Origin: Planctomycetota bacterium
Lineage (GTDB): Bacteria > Planctomycetota > UBA1135 > UBA2386
Assembly: GCA_046290465.1 (NCBI GenBank)
Contig: JBKAGP010000001.1
Coordinates: 5,184,001-5,248,000, forward strand
Direction: 5' to 3'
Length of the DNA: 64,000 nt
How positions within the stretch are numbered: the stretch's first letter is position 1; each line of letters starts with the position of its first letter. This document shows, in pieces, positions 58,850 through 64,000 of the stretch. The position numbers and the translations under genes are program-made. Below the pieces are notes generated by a model. It searched no databases. It worked only from the letters and a program-made list of their open reading frames with translations, and was not told the origin of the DNA.

Positions 58850-59674
58850 GTGGACGTGCTGCTGTGGATCCTGTTCGGCGTGCTGCCGGCGATCGCAACG
58901 GTGCTGTTCGGCGTCGGGGTCGCCGGGCCGCGCTGGCTGGCGCTGGCGCTGGCGGTCGCCGTCTGCGTTCCGTTCGGCATGTCCGACGGCTGGCCGGCGT
59001 GGCCGTGGCAACTGGACCTGCTGCACGGTGCGCCGCGGCCGGCGCTGTGGTGGACGCTGCTGCTCGGCGGCCTGCTCGGTAGCGCCTACGACCTGCGCGC
59101 GCTGCCGCGCGTGCTCGCGATCGGGCTCGAAGTGATCCTGGTCGCGATGCTGCCGTGGTTGCTGTCCGCGCCGCTGCGCCAGAACTGGTCGTTCGAAGGC
59201 TGCCTGCTGTACCTGGCGGTCGGGTGGGCGGGGATGGCTGCGCTGTGGTGGGGGCTGCGCAAGGCGGCGAAGGCGCAACCGGGCCTCGCCGTGCCGCTGG
59301 CGATGACGATCGTGCTCGGTGTCGACGCCTGGCTGCTGCGGGCCGGCGGCGGCGAACCCGACTGGCAGCTCGCCGGCGTCGCCGCGGTCGCGCTCGGCTT
59401 CGCGGTGGTCACGACGATCTGGCGCCGGCCGTTCGAGTGCCGGACCGGGGCAGCGCTGTGCATGACGCTGGCGCACACCGGGCTGTTGCTGTGCGGGCGC
59501 AGCGAACGCGAACTGCTGCGCCTGCCGTTGGTGCTCGCGTGGCTTGGGCCGCTGCCGATGGCCGTGGTGGTGCTGCCGTGGTTCGCGCGGGCCCGTCGCA
59601 GTGGCGCCGTGCTCGGCGTGCTCGGCGTCGCGACCGCCGGCTGCTTCGCGATCTGGTCGAGCCTGCCGGAGTGA
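58850..59674 (+). CDS. Hypothetical polytopic membrane protein
   Basis: About 9 hydrophobic segments. No recognised family. Confidence 0.7.
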   Translation: MDVLLWILFGVLPAIATVLFGVGVAGPRWLALALAVAVCVPFGMSDGWPAWPWQLDLLHGAPRPALWWTLLLGGLLGSAYDLRALPRVLAIGLEVILVAMLPWLLSAPLRQNWSFEGCLLYLAVGWAGMAALWWGLRKAAKAQPGLAVPLAMTIVLGVDAWLLRAGGGEPDWQLAGVAAVALGFAVVTTIWRRPFECRTGAALCMTLAHTGLLLCGRSERELLRLPLVLAWLGPLPMAVVVLPWFARARRSGAVLGVLGVATAGCFAIWSSLPE

Positions 59675-59695
59675 GCCTGCTGCGTCGCGCGCTAC

Positions 59696-60601
59696 CTACC
59701 GGAGCCGCGGTGCGAAGCCGTGCTCGTCGTGGCTCATGCCGACGACGCCGAGCAGGACGGCGGCACGCTGCCAGCGCTGGTCCGCGACCGGGCCCGGCCA
59801 CAGCCCGTCCGCCGCTCGCGCATCGAGCAGCGTGGCCACCGGCGCCCATCGTCGGCGGCGGACGTCCGCGGGCCGGTTGCGCGTCACGTAGGCGGCAAAC
59901 CAGCTGTGCACCGGTCGGTGCTGCAGATCGGCGGGCCAGCGCGTCGGTGTGTCCGTAGCGCCGTCGCGCCGCAACAGCTCGGCGCGCACCGCGTCCGCGA
60001 GGTGGTCGGCACCGGCCGGCACCAGCTCGACCGCGACGCGCGCCTGGTGCACGGCGTCGAGCCGCAACACGCGGTGCTCGGGCTTGCCCAGGCAGTCGCT
60101 GAGGACCAGCAGCAGAGCGCCTTCTTCGGGGGTCGGCGCAGCGGCGCCGGGGGCGCGGAATCGTGCGATCAGATCCTCGGCGATCCGAACGGCCGGTTCG
60201 CGCAGCGGCCGGTAGCTGGTGTCGATCGCGGCGCGGGCGACGGCGACCGCGACCATCAGGTGCTCCGGCCGCGTTCGGCGGGGGAGCAGCGCGGACCGGC
60301 GCAGCCACTGCACGAGCCGGGTGCAGGCCTGCTTGTGCGGACCGCCGCGCATCGACGAACCGTGCGCGCTCAGGGCGAGCAGCTGCCATGCGGCCTCGAC
60401 CGGATCGCGCTCCTCGTCGCCCGTTGCCAGCGCGCGTCGTGCCAGCAGGTCGACCGGCTGCCGCGCGGCCGCACATGGCGACCCGAGCGTGTTGCCTCGG
60501 AGGGGGCGGCTGCCCCAGGCGTCGTCGCGCTGTGCCGATGCCAGCGCGGAGAGCATGGCGACGGCCAACCATCCGCCGCCACATCGCAAGGTGGAGTTCA
60601 T
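59696..60601 (-). CDS. Secreted hypothetical protein, divergent prenyltransferase/squalene-cyclase-like helical repeat
   Basis: Signal peptide; AWQLLALSAHGSSMRGGPHKQACTRLVQWLR. Paralogous to the upstream gene. Confidence 0.6.
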   Translation of the reverse strand: MNSTLRCGGGWLAVAMLSALASAQRDDAWGSRPLRGNTLGSPCAAARQPVDLLARRALATGDEERDPVEAAWQLLALSAHGSSMRGGPHKQACTRLVQWLRRSALLPRRTRPEHLMVAVAVARAAIDTSYRPLREPAVRIAEDLIARFRAPGAAAPTPEEGALLLVLSDCLGKPEHRVLRLDAVHQARVAVELVPAGADHLADAVRAELLRRDGATDTPTRWPADLQHRPVHSWFAAYVTRNRPADVRRRRWAPVATLLDARAADGLWPGPVADQRWQRAAVLLGVVGMSHDEHGFAPRLR

Positions 60602-61620
60602 CGGAACGCGTACTCGGAGTCGTCCTTCGGCTGCTTCGGCTCGAACTCGACGAAGCCCTTCGGCTCGTGGCTCATGCCGATCACCGCCAGGATGCGGGCC
60701 GCCAGAAGGTTGCGGTCGCCATCGCCGGGCACGTCCCACAGCCCGTCCTTGGCGCGCACGCTGATCCACGGCTCGACCGACTGCCACTGCCGTTCGCGCA
60801 CCTTCGGCGGCAGCGAGCGGGTCACGAACGCGGCGAACACCGCCTGGAACGGGTCGCGGGCGACGTCACCGGGCCAGCAGATCGCGATCGTCAGGTCGGC
60901 CGGGTGCTCGGTGCCGGTCAGCCGTTCGAGCTGGTGGCGCACGGCGTCGGCCAGCTTGTCGCGGCCCGGTGGGATCGCGGTGACCGCGTCGGTGGCGATC
61001 TGGATCGCCTCGATCTCGAAGCGCGGCCACCGCCACTGCTGCATCGTCTGCGCGAACATCACCAGCAGCGCGGCTTCGCGCGAGGTCGCTGGCGCGGCGC
61101 CGTCGCGGGTGAACTTGTCGCGCACGTCGCTCCAGCCGCCTTGGACCGCCCGCTGCAGCAGCTTGTAGTCGGACTCGCGCTGCGCGCGCGCCACCGCGAA
61201 CGTCGCCAGCAGGTGCAGTTCGCGCGGCGTGTTCTCGTCGACGGTCGTGGGCGTTTGATTCGGCTGCATGCCCATGCGCAGCCACGCGATCAGCTTGCGG
61301 AACGCGTCCTTGCGGTGGCCGTAGCGCAGGTTGGCGCCGTGCGCGTCGAGCGCCAGCGCCTGCCAGGCGCCGAGCTCGAGGTTGCGGTAGCGATTCGGAC
61401 TCTGCTCGACTTTGGTGGCGATCTGGGCCAGCGTGTCGGCCAGCGCGACGCAGTTCTTGCCGAGCGTGTAGAGCTTGTCGTCGCCGATGCGTCGCACGGC
61501 GTCGGGGTCCTGGGCGGTGGCGAAGGCCGCCAGCGCGATCGTCGGCAGCAAGGATGCCAGCAAGGATGGCAGCAGGGATGCCAGCAGAGGTGGCAGCAGA
61601 GAAGGCAGCAGGGATTGCAC
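60598..61620 (-). CDS. Secreted hypothetical protein, paralogue of 59696-60601
   Basis: AWQALALDAHGANLRYGHRKDAFRKLIAWLR; shares the RA.DGLW and GMSH motifs. 4-bp overlap with the next gene. Confidence 0.65.
   Translation of the reverse strand: MQSLLPSLLPPLLASLLPSLLASLLPTIALAAFATAQDPDAVRRIGDDKLYTLGKNCVALADTLAQIATKVEQSPNRYRNLELGAWQALALDAHGANLRYGHRKDAFRKLIAWLRMGMQPNQTPTTVDENTPRELHLLATFAVARAQRESDYKLLQRAVQGGWSDVRDKFTRDGAAPATSREAALLVMFAQTMQQWRWPRFEIEAIQIATDAVTAIPPGRDKLADAVRHQLERLTGTEHPADLTIAICWPGDVARDPFQAVFAAFVTRSLPPKVRERQWQSVEPWISVRAKDGLWDVPGDGDRNLLAARILAVIGMSHEPKGFVEFEPKQPKDDSEYAFR
61544..61615. repeat. 12-bp tandem repeat x6 encoding (S/P)LL(P/A) in a signal peptide
   Basis: ggcagcaaggat/gccagcaaggat/ggcagcagggat/gccagcagaggt/ggcagcagagaa/ggcagcagggat. 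Confidence 0.85.
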
Positions 61621-61732
61621 GGGGCGTTGTCAACGGTGGGGCGGCGCAGTTGGTTCAGCATCTGTCCCGTTACGCGGCGCCGGGCTTGTGCCCCGTGGTC
61701 GGGGACTGACAATCGCCGATCCTACCGTGTCC

Positions 61733-64000
61733 ATGCTCGTTCTGCGTCTCGCCGGCCTGCTGGCCGCCGGGCTCTGCTGCGGTCTCGCCGCGCAGCGGCC
61801 CATCCACTGGTCCTACGCCCCGATCGTGCGGCCGACGGCGCCCGCCGCGGCGGCCGACGCCTGGGGGCACTCCCCGATCGACGGCTTCGCGCTGGCGGCG
61901 ATGCGGCAGAACGGCCTGCAGCCGTCGGTGCCGGCCGACCGGGCGATGTGGCTGCGCCGCGTCACCCTCGACCTGACCGGACTGCCGCCGACGCTCGACG
62001 AGCTCGATGCGTTCGTCGCCGATGCGGGCGAGGGCGCCCGCGGCCGCGTCGTCGACCGGCTGCTGCAGACCGACGCGTTCGCCGAACGGTGGGCGACGTG
62101 GTGGCTCGACCTGGCCCGCTACGCCGACAGCCAGGGATACGAGAAGGACGCGCTGCGCCTGACGATGTGGCGCTATCGCGACTGGGTGATCGACGCGTTC
62201 CGTCGCGACCTGCCGTTCGACCGGTTCACGATCGAGCAGCTCGCCGGCGACCTGCTGCCCGACGCGACGGTCGAGCAGCGGCTGGCGACGGCGTTCCACC
62301 GGCAGACGATGAGCAACACCGAGGGCGGCACCGACGACGAGGAGTTCCGCGTCGCCGCCGTGGTCGACCGGGTCGACACCACGATGCAGGTGTGGATGGG
62401 CTCGACGCTCGGCTGCGCGCAGTGCCACGACCACAAGTACGACCCGTTCTCGCAGAAGGAGTTCTTCGAGCTGTTCGCGATCTTCGACCAGACGGCCGAC
62501 GCGGATCGCAACGACGACGCGCCGCGCATGCGGGCGCCGACGGCCGAGAACCTCGCCGCGGTCAAGGCGATCGAACTCGAGCTGACCGAAGTGCGCGCCG
62601 AGCTCGGGGCGCACGCCGAGCAGATGCCGTCGCTCGGGTCTTGGCACCTGCTGGGCCCGGTCCAGGGCGACAGCTTCGTCGATGCGCGCGATCGCAGGTT
62701 CGCGCCGGAGCGCGAGGGGGTGCTGCTGCTGCGCGAGCAGGAGGGCCTGTCGTGGTGCGAACGCACCGACTTCGTCGACGGCAAGGTGCACACCTGGACC
62801 GGCGGCAACAGCGCGTTCTACCTCTACCGGAAGGTGATCTCGAACCGCGCCCAGCGCGTCACGCTGTCGCTCGGCAGCGACGACGCGATCGCGGCCTGGT
62901 GGAACGGCGAGCAGGTGCTGCGCAAGAACGTCGCGCGCGCCGCGCAGCTCGGCCAGGAGCAGGTCGAGGTCGACCTCGCGCAAGGGGACAACGAGCTGCT
63001 GCTCAAGGTCACCAACGGCGGAGGTCCCGGCGGCTTCGCGTTCGAGCTGTGGGGTAAGGGCGAGTCGCAGCTGCGCGCGCGACTGCGCGAGCTCGAACGG
63101 CAGCTCGACGCCAACCGGGGGCCGCTGGTGCCGATCCTGCGCGAGCTGCCGGCCGAGCAGCGCCGCACCACGCGCGTGCACATCCGCGGCAGCTTCCTCG
63201 ACCAGGGCGAGCAGGTGCACCCCGGCACCCCGGCGATCTGGCCGGGACTGCCGGACGACGAGCCGCGCAACCGCCTCGGTCTGGCGCGGTGGCTGATGTC
63301 GCGCGACAACCCGCTGACCGCGCGCGTGCTCGCCAACCGGATCTGGAGCGAACTGTTCGGTCGCGGCATCGTCGCGACGCTCGAGGACTTCGGCTCGCAG
63401 GGGGACGCGCCGTCGCACCCCGAGCTGCTCGACTGGCTGGCCTGCGAGTTCGTCGACTCCGGCTGGTCGATGCGGCACCTGCTGCGCACCATCGTGCTGT
63501 CGGCGACCTACTCGCAGACATCGGTGCAGAACCAGCGGCACCGCGAGCTCGACCCACAGAACGTCTGGCTGTCGCGCGGGCCGGCGTTCCGGCTGACCGG
63601 CGAGCAGCTGCGCGACCAGGCCCTGGCGGTGTCGGGCCTGCTCAGCGACCGGGTCGGTGGCCCGAGCGTGATGCCGCCACAGCCCGACGGCATCTGGCGG
63701 CAGCTCTACAGCGGCGCGAAGTGGCAGTCGGCGACCGGCGCGGACCGCTACCGGCGCGCGCTCTACACGTTCTGGCGGCGCACCAGTCCGCACCCGGCGA
63801 TGCTGGTGTTCGACGCGCAGAGCCGCGAGGCGTGCGTGCTGCGGCGCCAGCGCACCAACACGCCGCTGCAGGCGCTGGTGCTGTGGAACGATCCGCAGTT
63901 CCACGAACCGGCGAAGGCGCTCGGCGAACGGGCGATGCAGGTCGACGCGGACGATCCGGCCCGCGGCGTGATCTGGCTGTGGCGTCGCTGCCTGCTGCGG
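61733..64000 (+). CDS. DUF1549/DUF1553 (PSD1) planctomycete-type secreted protein (partial; runs off the window end)
   Basis: Not in the ORF track. Read by hand: HWSY.P, PIDGF, RRVTLDLTGLPPT, WLDLARYADS, CAQCHDHKYDP, NPLTARV.ANRIW, PSHPELLDWLA, TNTPLQAL. Confidence 0.92.
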   Translation, partial: MLVLRLAGLLAAGLCCGLAAQRPIHWSYAPIVRPTAPAAAADAWGHSPIDGFALAAMRQNGLQPSVPADRAMWLRRVTLDLTGLPPTLDELDAFVADAGEGARGRVVDRLLQTDAFAERWATWWLDLARYADSQGYEKDALRLTMWRYRDWVIDAFRRDLPFDRFTIEQLAGDLLPDATVEQRLATAFHRQTMSNTEGGTDDEEFRVAAVVDRVDTTMQVWMGSTLGCAQCHDHKYDPFSQKEFFELFAIFDQTADADRNDDAPRMRAPTAENLAAVKAIELELTEVRAELGAHAEQMPSLGSWHLLGPVQGDSFVDARDRRFAPEREGVLLLREQEGLSWCERTDFVDGKVHTWTGGNSAFYLYRKVISNRAQRVTLSLGSDDAIAAWWNGEQVLRKNVARAAQLGQEQVEVDLAQGDNELLLKVTNGGGPGGFAFELWGKGESQLRARLRELERQLDANRGPLVPILRELPAEQRRTTRVHIRGSFLDQGEQVHPGTPAIWPGLPDDEPRNRLGLARWLMSRDNPLTARVLANRIWSELFGRGIVATLEDFGSQGDAPSHPELLDWLACEFVDSGWSMRHLLRTIVLSATYSQTSVQNQRHRELDPQNVWLSRGPAFRLTGEQLRDQALAVSGLLSDRVGGPSVMPPQPDGIWRQLYSGAKWQSATGADRYRRALYTFWRRTSPHPAMLVFDAQSREACVLRRQRTNTPLQALVLWNDPQFHEPAKALGERAMQVDADDPARGVIWLWRRCLLR

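Noticed and set aside
1..64000. Many long Arg/Ala/Gly-rich ORFs in the six-frame track (e.g. 822-2303 +, 10548-12821 -, 30178-33177 +, 34761-37853 -, 60163-63057 +)
   Set aside because: These are shadow frames of real genes caused by high GC. They carry no motifs and overlap well-supported CDSs.

Overview
High-GC bacterial chromosome segment, most likely Planctomycetota: it has a DUF1549/DUF1553 (PSD1-type) protein, an SBBP/dockerin secreted protein, a fused ccoNO and futalosine-pathway mqnD. It is mostly housekeeping and accessory metabolism. In order, it carries: a TPR membrane protein plus TPR-AAA+ ATPase pair; a double-HTH GntR with a perfect 20-bp operator in front of a DHDPS-family enzyme; thrABC; a cbb3 oxidase cluster (ccoI-S-NO-Q-P-G) beside a FixL-like heme-PAS kinase, a REC-kinase and a NarL-type regulator; stress genes (two USPs, a sigma54-preceded Hsp20); a CYTH-CHAD/Ppx polyphosphate pair; an ECF sigma factor; tRNA-Gly(GCC); a radical SAM protein; pyrC; mqnD; two immunity-like genes; and a compact chemosensory operon whose soluble receptor carries an Aer2-type PAS domain. 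I found no CRISPR array, integrase, transposase or prophage gene. Non-coding signals include an ~80-bp REP-like repeat present twice 47 kb apart, a 156-bp MITE-like inverted-repeat element, several leaderless-type promoters and several micro tandem duplications. The best candidates for undescribed systems are the Vps4-like TPR-AAA/TPR-membrane pair, the FixL/REC-HK/NarL oxygen cascade, and the SUKH-immunity-led chemosensory operon. All family assignments come from reading motifs by eye, not from database searches.
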